Source: Octopus vulgaris (taxonomy: Eukaryota). From it: a stretch of DNA of 64,000 nt. The stretch lies in the NCBI GenBank assembly GCA_951406725.2, contig OX597814.1:134850001-134914000 (forward strand), written 5' to 3'. Positions 49,098 to 62,111 of this stretch are shown here, one piece after another. The position numbers and the translations under genes are program-made. The notes under the pieces were generated by a model that saw only the letters and a list, made by a program, of their open reading frames with translations, was not told the origin of the DNA and did no database searches. The stretch's first letter is position 1. Each line of letters begins with the position of its first letter.

Positions 49098-52000
49098 GTA
49101 ATATTATGTTGGTGTTTTTGTCAACACGTTACAAACACGTGTTTACTGAAATTCTCTTAAATATTGATTTTTTTATGTGGTTTATATTATTTTCTAGTCA
49201 TAAAGTTTATCTTTATAATATTATAGGGAATATAATTAATGGTAATCTTTCGTTTTACGTATCAAGAAAGTGATTGTAATATAAGAACAATACTGATAAT
49301 TGCTATTCGCCAAGTTTTATTAACTGGTTTATCTCCCAGATCAGTTCTAACCATGACCATCCAATCTTTTTCATACGTAGGACTATATCTAATGAAATCT
49401 TCTTTTCTAAGTCGATAGGGTGTAATTTGCTATTCCTGGCAAATCGAGCGACCGCGTTGAAACATTAATTCTTCAATAAAACTGATTTTCGTCTTCGTAG
49501 TTTTATCAGGCTCTGTTTTCTTTTAATTATATTATCTGACAATTTAAGTGCTGTACCATTTTAAGGCATAGACACACCGAACAGTTGTCCAAGGGCCTCG
49601 CGGCTTTTGGGACCAAGTGCATTGATTTGATCGGAAGCGCTAGATATAAAGCTTCTAGTGAACAAAATTACTCATTTAAAAAAAAATCTTAATTGTTCGA
49701 TTCTGTTTTCTGCTTGGAAATTTGCGGATTTTACATAGACACATGAAACAAGTAAGAACAAATATGCAAGGCTTTTTTTCTTCAAGTTTAAAACGAGACA
49801 TTGACAAATCTGAGATCAAAAACGATTGCCAGAATATACAATAAACAAAAATAATAGTATGTGATCCAGCATAGTAATAACGAAATCTTGTTTGTTGTTT
49901 TAGTGATTTTCAGTTTGTATTGGTTTGTAAACATTCGATGGTTCTTTCCTATAATAATAATAAAGGCAAGTGCTTTCTCTCAGTTTTCCATCCTCAGTCT
50001 ACAGGTACATGTTCAGAGCCATTTACTCAGATCATACTCACCACTTTCATCTCCATCTTTCAAAAAATTTCGTGGGAGACAACGCCTCCCTGTCTAACCT
50101 TATTTGCTTTTCAAGTGAAACATGAAAAAGTCAATAAGGGCTTGTCCAAAGAAGTCTGTCTTCATATTTTTCAATCTCATCTACCATACAATCTCTTTTG
50201 CAAAGCTACCAGGCAGATTAAAAAATACCTGCCCTCCTCTATGAAAGGAAGATTAGTGGAGGCACATGGCTTAGAGTGTTGGACTCATGATTGTAAGATT
50301 GTGGTTTCAATTCCTGAACTGGGCAATGCATTGTGTTCTTGAACAAAACACTTCATTTCATGTTTCTCCAGTCCACTCAGCTGGCGAATATGAGTAATCC
50401 TGTGATGGACTGGCGTCCTGTCCAGGAGCGGAATTTATACGCCTTGAAACAGGGAAACCAGCCCTTGTGAGTCGGCATAAATCAAGACGGTAACTTTACT
50501 TTTACTTAAAGGAAGGTGATGGGACAATTTTCTCAATGGTCTCAGTTGGTAACCTGGAATGGGGAGTTTTGTTCTGCTTGGCAAAATTTTTCTAGGAGAC
50601 CATGTATTAGCAAAGTCATGATAGCCTGATAAGAAAGAAGATAAATTCCCGAAAAATTATTTAATCTTGCTTTTTTAAGTTATGTAAAAATAAAAGATAT
50701 ATCATGGGGGTGGTGTTAACTTTATTGACATTTGATTTGTTTGAAATAACCCCTAATATCTTCCTTAAATTACACATTACTTTAGCAAAAAAACAGACAG
50801 ATTAGACAAAGTAGTCATAAATGTACTGTTTGGAAATAAATAAGATGGTCACAAGAGAATGTCTTTAGTCATAGATTCATAGACCTGCTTAATCAGGGCT
50901 GATCTGGAACTAAGCAACAGGTAAAGCTGAGTCTGTCAAGTAATGGTTTTATGTAATTTGGAAGCAGATTTTTGATTTCTAACTTGTTCAATTCATGAAC
51001 GCTAGAAATATCTAAAGAAGTATATACCGTTGGTGGAGTTTTGGTTCTTGTTATTAGAATATCAAGTTGTTTCAATAAATTCCTCATTACTGCAAGTTCT
51101 TACTAAAGAAATTCTAACAAATTTTTTTCATCTTTTGATTTCATTAAGATAGTTTTTTTTATAGTTTTTTTTACCTTATTAATTTGTAACAGGTTTTCAG
51201 CTTTAAAAAAAGATAAATGTATGAGTTCAACATGGGCCAAGAAAACTCAGGAGAGACTGGAAATGAAGGCTGTAAAGGATTTTGAGAAAGAACTTAAAGA
51301 ACAAAAGGCAGCAGAACTTAGGGTAAATATATTTTTTGATAAGTAAATAAGGATTTCCTATATTTGAAGTGATAAATATGAAAAAGAAATACTGTAATCA
51401 TTAACAATTAGTGACATTAACCCATGACCAAAATAGTTTACCTTTTTTATGTTCAGACTGACCAGATCCTGTCTCTCACACCTACCCTACAATGTCATTT
51501 TAAAGATAATCACAATCAAAATCTCATAACTACAAGATAATGCATGATTAATTCAAAACAATGTGAATAAATAAGCATTACTTTTTACAGAATAATGAGA
51601 TCATGATTTCAGTTATTTAATGGTTTAAGGGTGTATTCCCATATTGGTTTGATAAATTTTTCACTTGCAATCTTTCAAGAAACCAATTAGATCCTGTAAC
51701 TTAATGTATATAGTTTAAATATCCTGTTTTAAGTTACATTTTCATATCTAAAATATTGCTACTACTGATCTCATCCATTACCAATTTAATCAAAAAGGTA
51801 TGAGTAAACTTGAACAGAGTTGTGTGAAGTTCATCAGTAAAAATTCAATCTTTAATGTTAACATATATTGTAAGGTTACTGAATGCTAACATGTGGAGGA
51901 ATGGTTTGAAAATATTCTCTTCTTGTAAACATTCTGTAGTCTGACATGACAGTCACTTTCAACTGCTCAAAAACAGTGTCTATGTTCACTCATAAACAAC

Positions 52001-55000
52001 ATAAGTACATTTCTTAACTCACTATGATTGTTAGATTACACAATGACTAGTATATGGTGACCACATATTTAGGCAAATCATTACTTACTAACATACTTCA
52101 AACACTAATTTGCTGGTGTATTGTATTCTTGTTCTATAACTGTACTAGTTCCTCTAAGCTAGCTAACTGAGTTTCAACTACCAAAGTTTGTAGTTGGTTC
52201 AGTATTTTTTGATTTCAAAACCTTAGTAATTCCCTTCCTGTCAGTGGTTTCCTTCTGGATATTAACCTGTCAGAATTTGAACCAATCATCCCTTCGTTAA
52301 CCACACTAGCAGAAAACTGCCCAGACGGCAGTTTCTGCTGGTATATGTTACACATATTGATATTATATATACATATAGATATGATACATAAATTATAGAG
52401 TAAATTGACAATATGCTCATGAATTGAACAAAGACTCTGTTATAGTTTATTCTGTAATCAGTAAAATAATCCATGATACATTTAAAAAAGATGATAATGA
52501 AAATTGGAAAAGAGATGAGACTGTCAAGGGAAAATATTCATGAATCTTCACTTGAGTGAATTTGAAAATAAATGCTCTGGTGGGAATTACTGAATTACAT
52601 TTACCAATATGAAGAGTTCAGTTTTGTTATATTGTTTCATTATATTTGCTTATAGGCGTCTTAAGTGTTTCTAGTGTCCCTTTCCTAGCAATTAAAAGAG
52701 ATTAATGAATGTCTCACAACACTGTAAAAATTTTTTGCAGACACAACTGTCAGCAAATGGACCCTTTCCATTTATCTCAGTTAATATTTCTATATTTACT
52801 TTTCTTGATGCTCTTGATGATGCATCATACATCTGACCATGTGCGAAGAATTGTGTTGGAAGATGATATTATTGACAAAATAATTTCAAGGTGGTGCCCC
52901 AGGATGACCACAGTCTAACACAATTTGAAAACTTAATTCTATTAGATAGGGATTATTGTTTTTGCACTATGTAATACTTCTAAACATAATTTACTCACTT
53001 GTTTTGTTGGTTTTTTCACTTTATTACATTTTTTGCAAACGCAAAAAAAAAGCTATTTGTTTATATATGGAATTCAAACGGTAGTTGGCATTTAAAACAG
53101 AAGCAAATCTTGTAATATTAAGCATTATAATTTATGCTTAATATACAAATAAACTTTATAGGTTAAAAATTCTTTGGGGAGAATTCTCTGCAATAACACT
53201 GGTATATTTCCTTCTATGGTAGGGAAAAGAAAGGGACATGAAAGTGAAGGTGGATAATAAAGTAGTTGTTCAAGTCATGTACAAAAGCATTGTAGCTAAA
53301 TCAGTGAAGAATTTAGTGTAGAGGTAGTTAGCATTGATATGGACAATATTTGCTTCAGATGCTCATACCATATGTGACATCAGTGGAAGATGCACTTGCT
53401 AGAGCAAAATATTAGAAGAGTTGAACTCAGAACTTAAGCTGTTGGGCATCTTAGAAAACTGAGACAAGTAGTGAGTTGCCAATCATACTCATCCATTCCA
53501 TGCTATCATTGGAAAATGCATTAAAATGCTGATACTGATTATGCAGATTACTACCCTTTTCAGCATCACAATTATGAGTAGCTTCGTTTTCAGTTAGACA
53601 GTGAGACTAAACCAGCATATGGTGTTCAATATTCCAGTGACTCTAACACACATTGGCTATCAATTAATAATTTTATACATCTACAGAATTGTTGACAGTT
53701 ATTTTCCATTAAAAAAAAATTCAATCACTTAATTATGTTTTTTCAAAGAAATCTGTAGTTTGTTTACCAGTGGCTTCCCTTCAAATATTTTTAATTTCAG
53801 GACAGGAAAATTATAGCAAAACAGAAGAAACTGAGAAAAATTGAAAATGAAAGAAAAGCAGAAATTGTTCAACCAGTAAGCACCAGTTCCTTGAAATTTT
53901 ATTTTATATATACTTGCATGTATGCAAATAAACATTCACACACACACACATACATGCATGCAGATACGCATACACACACGGGTATATTTGCAACTATGTG
54001 GTGTCAGGTTCAATCCCATTGTGTACCATGTTGGGTAAGTGTTTACTTCTAGAACCCCTCAGGCTAGCTGATACCTTGTGAATGAATTTGATAGACAGAA
54101 ACTGCAGGAAGCCTGTCATATATGTGTGTATGAATTTGTACAATATTTACATTGGACATATAGGTGTCCTCACCATGTTTGTTGTTACTACAACGTTTTA
54201 GCTGAGAGTACTCTCCAGCATTCATTAGGTATCCTGGTGGAATTTTGAACCTAACTCTTTCTTTGACTAATGGAGTACTCTGTTCTAATTCCTAAGATAT
54301 TTTTTGCTGATGTTATTATTATTTATTCAAGTACTTGATTGGGATTGAAACCAGAATCTTGGGTTTAGTAGCCCGTGCTCTTAACCACTACACTATATGC
54401 CTGTGGGCAATTAGAGTGAATTTTGGGGCTAGAAACCTATTAGAAACCTTTCCTTAATATTGGTTTTCATATTCTACTCATGTCTGCGCTAGGTCTGCTT
54501 AGGAGGTTATTGTGTCCTAGCATATGTGCTGCTTCTTTAAGTTTTCATATTTTCCAGTGGTGTTCTCTGTTTATTATTTTAACTTCATCCCATGGGGGAG
54601 ACGGTCTCCATTTTTCCATACATGATCAGCTATACCCAATTTTTCAATATCCCCTCGTATAACAGCTTTATGATGTTCCTCTACCCTTATTTTGAGGGGG
54701 TGTTCTCTGTCTATAATTTTAACTTCATCCCACAGGGGGAGATGGTCTCCATTTTTCCATACATGATCAACTATACCCAATTTATCAATATCTCCTTGTG
54801 TCACAGCTTTGCGACATTCATCTACCCTTATTTTGAGGGGACGGCATGTTTCGCCTTTGTATAATTTACCACAACTGCATGGGCTGGAGTGTATGCAGTC
54901 TTAGGTCATATTGTCTTCTATTGGTGGTTTTACTCGGAGGAGATATTTGCAAAGTGTTGTATTACTCTTGAACACTGTCCTGATGTCATATGGACCGCAT

Positions 55001-58000
55001 TTCTATTGTATCTTTTCTGAGAGGCCTGTCACATAGGGTAGACAGACTGTGGTCAGTTTATAGGTTTTATCCTCTCTCCTCTTCCTAAATGGAGTGGATA
55101 GTATGTGTTTTGGGTAGTTGTTGCTTAATAGATTGTTACTTAGTTTGATCATTTCTTCATTGTGTGTATGAGGATCTTTGCTCAATGTTTTAGGCACTGA
55201 GCAATCCCTCTCTTTATACTGTATGGATAGTGGGAATTGAAGTTGAGGTATCGTCCAGTGAAGGTTGTCTTGCGGTATATGGATGTCCTGAACCCATACT
55301 CAGTGCATGTTATTAATACATCCATGAATGCTAGCTGATTGTCTTTTTCCTTTTCCATTGTGAACTGTATGGGTGGCTTTATTGAGTTCACATGATCTAG
55401 CTGTACTTGGACATCTTCCTGGTGGGGCTAGAGTATAAAGGTGTCATCAACATATTGAAACCATAGGGTTGGTTTTAGTGGTGTTGATCCTAAACCCAAA
55501 TTCTCAAAGTATTCCATATATATATTGGCTATTATTGGTGATAATGGTGAACCCATAGCTAAACCCACTTCCTGTTGATATATATCTGTGTCTATTCTGA
55601 AGTAGGTAGTTTCTACACAGAAGGTCAACATTTCCATCAAGTTTCCTATTGGTATTTTAGTGCATTCTTTTACAGAGGTGTCACTGGTTTTTCTTGAATC
55701 ACTGATAGTGCTTCATCAGTTGGGACTTTGGTGAATAGACTTATCACATCTAGACTCACCATCTGGTTGGATCCAATGGGGGTATCATTGATCAATTCTG
55801 TGAAGTGTGTGGAATTCTTTACATACAATGTTGACTTACCTGCTAATGTACTGATTATATCCACAAGGGCATTGAATGACATGCCGAACCTCTACAACAA
55901 GCAAGGTGAGGACATGTATTCATCCAGTGTAAATATTGTACATAATTCTTCATCTCTAAAATATAGAACTGCATATGGATGCGCAATGGCCCAGTGGTTA
56001 GGGCAGCGGACTCGCGGTCATAGGATCGTGGTTTCGATACCAAGACCGGGCATTGTGAGTTTATTGAGCGAAAACACCTAAAAGCTCCACGAGGCTCCAG
56101 CAGGGGATGGTGGTGATCCCTGCTGTACTCTTTCACCACAACTTTCTCTCACTCTTACTTCCTGTTTCTGTTGTACCTGTATTTCAAGGGGCCGGCCTTG
56201 TCACTCTCTGTGTCACGCTAAATATCTCCGAGAACTACGTTAAGGGTGCACGTGTCTGTGGAGTGCTCAGCCACTTACACGTTAATTTCACGAGCAGGCT
56301 GTTTTGTTGATTTGGATCAACCGGAACCCTCATCGTCGTAACCGACGGAGTGCTTCCATCTATAGAACTGCATGAATTTGATATTCCATTTCGTCACTGA
56401 TGATTGTTGACATTACGACTGATTGCTCTGCACTTTCAAAGACCTATGGAAAAAGACAAAAAATCCCTTGCTTGAAAAAAAGTAAAGATTAGCAACAGGA
56501 AACGCATCCAGTTTTAAATTTTGTCTCCAAAATACCCACCTCCCAAGCCATACTAGCATGGAAAAATAAAACGTTAGACAAACAGTACTGTTTTTATGAG
56601 TACACATGTGGGGTATTATCACATCATTGTCAATTTTGTGCTTACTTTTTCATGCTGATATAAGATGGACAGACAGACCTGGTTTAACTCAGTTCATATT
56701 TCAAGTCACTACTTTCATAAGTTGGGAAGCACATGAAATAAACAACAACAATCACTCCTGAGTTCTAAGATCCATGATCCATGTTACAGTAGATACCTAT
56801 ACAAGGAAGCTTTTTAGTAGCACTAGGGTTGTACATTTCCCTATATCATAATCTTTGTGGTAAAGGAGATAGAACCAGTGGCAGGTGTTAATTCAAGATG
56901 ACTGGTACCTCTTTCCAGCTGGAAATCCAATCTCTCAGAAACAACCTTAAAGCTGGCTGCTACAGCTTGTTCATCATTCAGAGTATACTCTAACTTTTTG
57001 TTCTAGGCCTGAATTTTTTGTGGGGAGGGGGCCAGTTGATTAGATTGACACAACTGATACTTAATTTATCGACTCCGAAAGGCAAAGTCGATCTCGGCAG
57101 AATTTGAACTCGGAACGTAAAGACAGACGGTCATAATATACAAATATTTCTCATGGCACCAGTACACTGTTTACAGATGCTTACATTTTTATGTTTTTCG
57201 TGAATTTTTCATGGGTCCAGCTAGTTCTATATTATTACTGGCAATTATTCAAAAATTTTAATAAAATTCCAGCATTTTAGAAGTATTGCTCCACAAAGGA
57301 TGTTTATTAAAACAAATATCTTAAAAGTTTGCTTTGGTACAAAATGCCTTTCAGGCGTACGGGGTTGCAAGGGGAAATAACTCATAGTGCTTAAAAGAAT
57401 TAAGAAAGCTATTGCACTGTGAAGAAGTGTACCAACAATTAGAATTTTTAAATTAAAGAAGACTTGCTAACCAGTAAGGAAAAGTGTAAAGATGTAAAGA
57501 AATTATTACTTCTTTTACGTGCCATTGGCATGGGTGCTATTTGTGCGACACCAGTATCTGTCACGACTGTGATGGGTCTTCTTCTCAAGCACAACATAAT
57601 GCCAAAGGTCTTAGTCCATTGCCTCTGTTAGGCCTAACACTTGAAAGGAGCTTTTCACATGCCACAAAGTGTCTGGTATCAGCCACTTTGCCTTCATGAG
57701 GACCAACACTCAAAAGGTGCGTTTTTACGTGCCACTGGCACCAATTACATGACACCAGCATCAGCCACGACTACGATTTCACTTGGCTTGGCGGGTCTTC
57801 TCAAGCACAGCATATTGCCAAAGGTCTTGGTCACTAATCATTGTCTCTGTGAGGCCCAAAGTTTGAAGATCATGCTTTGTCATAAAGCAACTAGTTTGCC
57901 TTCAGTTGTTCATTATTAAAGTATTTTGTTTTATTTTGTTGCAGATAAAGAATTTGAAGAAACTTAAGCATATGAAAAAGAAACATTTACGCAAAAGTAA

Positions 58001-58016
58001 TATTCAAATAAGATGA
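48940..58016 (+). CDS. CCDC86: Coiled-coil domain-containing protein 86 / Cgr1-family nucleolar protein, 144 aa
   Basis: Exons 48940-49097, 51193-51322, 53801-53875 and 57945-58016 total 435 nt. PSGKRKSGKFWK..RFSALKKDK..SSTWAKK..KDFEKELKE..RKIENERKAEIVQPIKN..KLKHMKKKHLRK matches the CCDC86/Cgr1 domain (GKPKSGRVWK..ENERKAEVVQVIRN). AATAAA at 58058. Confidence 0.92.
50257..50507 (+). mobile_element. tRNA-derived SINE (family C)
   Basis: Reverse complement of the body of 46697-46942, with a variant tail. Confidence 0.75.
51193..51322 (+). CDS. CCDC86: CCDC86 exon 2
   Basis: FSALKKDKCMSSTWAKKTQERLEMKAVKDFEKELKEQKAAELR; phase 2 to 0. Confidence 0.9.
53801..53875 (+). CDS. CCDC86: CCDC86 exon 3
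   Basis: DRKIIAKQKKLRKIENERKAEIVQP; TTTCAG/GTAAG. Confidence 0.92.
54130..55974 (-). mobile_element. Penelope-like retroelement (RT + GIY-YIG), 5'-truncated and decayed, in CCDC86 intron 3
   Basis: MVSLDVISLFTKVP, YQQEVGLAMGSPLSPIIANIYME, WFQYVDDTF, FTMEKEKDNQLAFMDV, YRKTTFTGRYLNFNSH, then a GIY-YIG-like PCSCGKLYKGET.RPLKIRV.E; stops and frameshifts; inverted terminal repeat copy at about 55893-55950. Confidence 0.92.
54191..54234 (-). ncRNA. Decayed minimal hammerhead-ribozyme motif in the Penelope terminal repeat
   Basis: Minus strand GGATAC-CTAATGA-AT-[GCTG G AGAG TA CTCT CAGC]-T-AAAAC-GTTG: CUGAUGA and GAAAC cores each with one substitution, an intact stem II and palindromic AACGTT. Confidence 0.6.
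55975..56360 (+). mobile_element. Young tRNA-derived SINE (family D) with 13-bp TSD
   Basis: TSD TATAGAACTGCAT at 55962-55974 and 56361-56373; head TGGCCCAGTGGTTAGG..GGTTTCGATACC; CpG-rich. Confidence 0.9.
57945..58016 (+). CDS. CCDC86: CCDC86 exon 4 (last)
   Basis: IKNLKKLKHMKKKHLRKSNIQIR*. Confidence 0.9.
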   Translation: MKNLKKLKHMKKKHLRKSNIQIR

Positions 58017-58199
58017 TTTGCTACACATCTCTGATATTGTATTATATCTTTTGTATAAATAAATGTATAAAAATACTCTTACTAATAAGTACTTTTGGGT
58101 TATTATTTTTAATTTTTTTAAATTTGCAATTACTGTAATAAGTGTGTAATTAATGCATAAAATTAGTAAAAGGCTACAGGTTGAAATGAGGTCATAAAT

Positions 58200-58556
58200 T
58201 CGCTATAGGATGAGATGGTGATCCTATGCATATGGACTGAAATAATAGCAACAAAGAACTGTGTGCACACATGCATCTGCCCAGAGCCTCCTACCTCATA
58301 GCTATCCATCACATGCATTGGTACAAACAGTCCTCTGTCTCCCACTAGATCATCCTACCAAGGCTTTACTCTCAATTCATGCAGCAGCTGTAGGCTGGAC
58401 ATGATTGTGGAAGATCTTCAAAGGCTCAGCATCAACTTGGAGGATGTAGAGTTGCTGGCACAGGACTGCCAGCAATGGAGAGCATTGGTGGACTTGGTTA
58501 GCTCTATGCATGATGATGTCTCAGGAATGACCCCAGTTTCATCAAGCAAGTAAGTA
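58200..58556 (+). mobile_element. Decayed RTE-like LINE 3' end
   Basis: DMIVEDLQRLSINLEDVELLAQDCQQWRALV and a CAAGTAAGTA tail. Confidence 0.55.
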
Positions 58557-58895
58557 TTAGCAGCAATTTGAGTATTCACTGAGATGATAACACTGAAGTG
58601 TTAAGTATTAGACATAGATTGACTAGCCAACATCTAAGCAATATAAACTGAGATGGGACCATTCAATTTTCTATACAAAGGAATTTGTAAAATAGAACAT
58701 AGATGAGCCCTGATCAATAACTGACCCTCTATAAATAAACCTCATATTACTACTCTCATATTGGCCTCCTCCTACAGCCTTAAAATATTTTTAAAATATC
58801 TGGCTAATTGGTAAAAATTTACTTACCAACACACTATAAACACCAGCTCAAATGTTGATCAAGTTTTCCAAGATATCAATCTAGAGATGAACATA

Positions 58896-59213
58896 GTACA
58901 GGCATGACTGTGGTTAAGAAGCTTGCTTTGCAACCAAGTATCTTCTATAGCCCTAGACTGACCAATGCCTCGTTAGTGAATTTGGTAGATGGGAACTATT
59001 TGGAAGCTCCTTGTGTGTGAGTATATGTATCTTTGTATTTGTCCCCATCACTACTTGACAATCTGTTGGTTGGTTTATGTCTCTGTAACTTAGTGACTCA
59101 ACAAAAAAAGTATGAGACTTAAAATTAAGTACTGGAGTTGATTTATTTGACTAAACCCTACAAGACATTGTCCCAGCATAGCTATAGTCCAACAATGGAA
59201 ACAACTAAAAGAT
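58896..59213 (+). mobile_element. Decayed family-A SINE
   Basis: GGTTAAGAAGCTTGCTT.. head and TAAGTACTGG..GATTT..GACTAA tail. Confidence 0.65.
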
Positions 59214-59920
59214 ACAAGATATGCAAGTATTACTGAAACATTAGGCAAAATATCTCTGAGCCTTGTATCCCACTGTTTCATCTTGTAGAACTTATTCTAT
59301 TAATGGTCAGCAAATCACTTTCACTTTCAGAGTACTTAAAACAAAAAGGTATTTGTGATGTAAATGTTAAACAAATTTTAAGTAGTATAAATTATAATGT
59401 ACAAAAAAGAAAGTAAATTAATATAAAGTTGATAACTTGTTAACAATATGTGCTACAATAACAATGAGAAGAATAGAAAAGAGAGTAGTTGTTTTTGATT
59501 CATAAGTTTATTGTTAAAAGATTGTACTAGACACAACCATCCATTGAGGCACAACAATAGCTTGATTGGATAGGTTTTGTGGTGATGAAAAAAAAAAGTA
59601 AATGGATGCAAGATATCCTCTGCTAGAGTATGATTTTTAGGCTACTAGCACTCTTAGCCATTTGTATTGCAGGCTCTTCATGTTGAGAAATCAGGTTGTC
59701 GAACAACTGGATTTGAATATTGGTAATGTAACATATGACTGTATGTTTTCAGTCTTTTCTTTTGGTTTTTTGAAACCTCATTAGAGAGATCTGTGGTAGC
59801 ATCACTGAAAATTTGACCATTGTTTACAACGAATTTCCAAATTGGAAGCAACAAATCCTAGGTTTGAAACAAAGTGTAGACCTACTACACAAATTAAGAA
59901 ATATATATATATATATATAT

Positions 59921-60401
59921 ACAAGCAAAACCAATGGATGGTGCTGAATAAAAAGCAATCAGTGTTTTCTTTTCATTAAAAAATAATTAAGCCTTTATTT
60001 CAATAAAATTTTTGGTTTTGTTAAACGAAGTTAAGGCAAAAAAAAAAACTTCTTGAGAACCCAAATAGTCTTTCATGCCAAGTTTGAAGAAAATATCTCT
60101 TTTGCTTCTTACTTTTTTTGTCTCTTAAATATACTGCATTTTGTAGCATTATTTCAAGCCAACCAGCTTTTTTTGCGCAAACTGCACGTGCATTTTTCTC
60201 GCGTATGTGTAGTATCAATCGCAACAGCTGATGTACTTGCGCATACAAATGCACGTTCCCATGGCTTTATCATTTGCATTCTCACCTGGAATCAATTTTT
60301 GTAATTATTTCAAGTCAGTATTTTAGCACAATTGGATGGAGGATGCCCGAGATCCTAGAAGACACACACACAGACAGACAGAATGGATTTTATATAATAG
60401 A
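59921..60401 (-). mobile_element. Possible non-autonomous Helitron
   Basis: Minus strand starts A|TCTATTATATAAAA..TGTCTGTCTGTGTG, like the 38189 element; the 3' end is degenerate. Confidence 0.45.
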
Positions 60402-61928
60402 TATATACACACACACATATATATATTATATTTATATGTATGATATATATATTATGTATATGTATATATATTATATATAGTAGGCTTTTGTCTACTTGGA
60501 CTATATGTTGTACCACTGCACGGCTGTCTGTTTGCTAATATTGCTGATGGACATGCAGCATATCACTGGCATTTCACATATAAAGTCCAGGATTATGTGA
60601 AAAAGTGTGAAGACCGTCAATTGATTTTCTTCCACAAAAGTTTTATTTGGAAATTATAAAGAGAAACAAATGGTAGATCTGGATTGTCTGTATTTTAAAA
60701 CCACGAATAAAAAAAAAAATTGGGGGGGGGGAGATTTTTTTGTTGTTGCATAATCATATCAATTCCATTATGCAGAAGACAGAATAAAAAAAAAATTGTA
60801 AAAATACAAAAGTTATGAGGAGTTTTAGCATGTGCTTACATCATAATTCTGCCCATTCACACACACACACACATATATGTGGATGTGTGTCTGTTTTTCC
60901 TTTAATTTTCTTTTTTACTTGTACATATCAACAAATGAGCCAATGAGGTACTCTCTGCATGAAAGTACCTCTTGCTAGAAATAACAGCCAAATCTCCTTC
61001 GTACTATGCTCTTGTTAGTATTATGGAAAGCAAAAATGTTTACTCCTTTACATCATTACGATAAAAATCAATATTTTTGATTTTGTTCGGCTCTATGAAT
61101 TCAATTTTTTAAAAATGCTTCTGTCCATTGCTTGATACAGAAATTGGAAAATCCTTTCCAAAACAGAGAAATTCTAACTTGACAAAAAATATTCAAAGAG
61201 AAAGAAAAGGTTCTGTTTTTCAAAGCCAAAAGATGTGTTTTTAGCTGGGGTGTAATTTTATAATTAAAACAAATTCAAAATTTAAATTTCAGAACATGAG
61301 ACTTACCACATTCTCTGGTGTATAGCTGCAGTTCAAATGGGTACAAAGCCTAAAACAAATGTGTGTGTGTGGTTGGGTCTTTAATAGCCAGGGGTCAATT
61401 TAAGTTCAATCGCAAAAAGGAACTCAAAATGGCAACACACACAATCGTATACATAGAAACATACCTATACATATACACAAATACATACCTATCAGGCACT
61501 TCCAAAAGCCAGTTTGGTCCAAAATTCTGTCCACCATTCTTTATATGTTTGCACACACACTCACATTGAGCTTTTTGTTTTAATTTCTGTTACTATTCAT
61601 CTGTTTTTAGTTTTTATTTTTGTTTTGGAGGTTTCCAGGAATTTGCTTGGTGCTGGCAAAGTAGAAAAAGTGTTTTTTAAGTTTTTGAAAATTTGAAACA
61701 AAAAGGCATAGGTTTTTTTTAAAATTAACTGTTGCAGAGATGTGAAAATATGGCTACTATTCATTAATTTTAAATTAAACTTACCAAAGACAAGGATCTT
61801 CCAGCGCCCCCATAGCACCTTCCAACTTTCTTAACGCCCCCCCGTACCCTTTGCTCCAAAATGCCCCCCCTCGAGCTCCAAATGGCTCAGGTAGGTGGAG
61901 TCATATGGCCCCCATTCAGAACCTTTGG

Positions 61929-62064
61929 TGTAGATTACAATCATATTGGAATTTATTGTAAAAAAAAAAAATCTCATGCGTGTGCACCCAGTACTGACAA
62001 ATAATTGCTTTTAAAGCCCTACTTCCGCCCTCCCCTATCTGTCGTCCTCTCCACCGACACCACA
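61929..62064 (-). repeat. Candidate 3' LTR (136 bp), preceded by a polypurine tract
   Basis: Minus strand: PPT AGGGGGGCG (62073-62065), then TGTGG...AATAAA...CTACA. Confidence 0.6.
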
Positions 62065-62111
62065 CGCCCCCCTGATCTACAGATCACTGAACCGGCTTTC
62101 TCACTCGCACC

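Noticed and set aside
54335-54401. Functional tRNA gene (also the heads at 55977 and 46610-46685)
   Set aside because: Acceptor and T stems do not pair properly and each is embedded in a repeat; treated as SINE-type tRNA-derived heads.
49098-57944. Intronic C/D snoRNAs in nucleolar gene CCDC86
   Set aside because: TGATGA..CTGA pairs seen (about 52816 and 56398) are too closely spaced and lack terminal stems.
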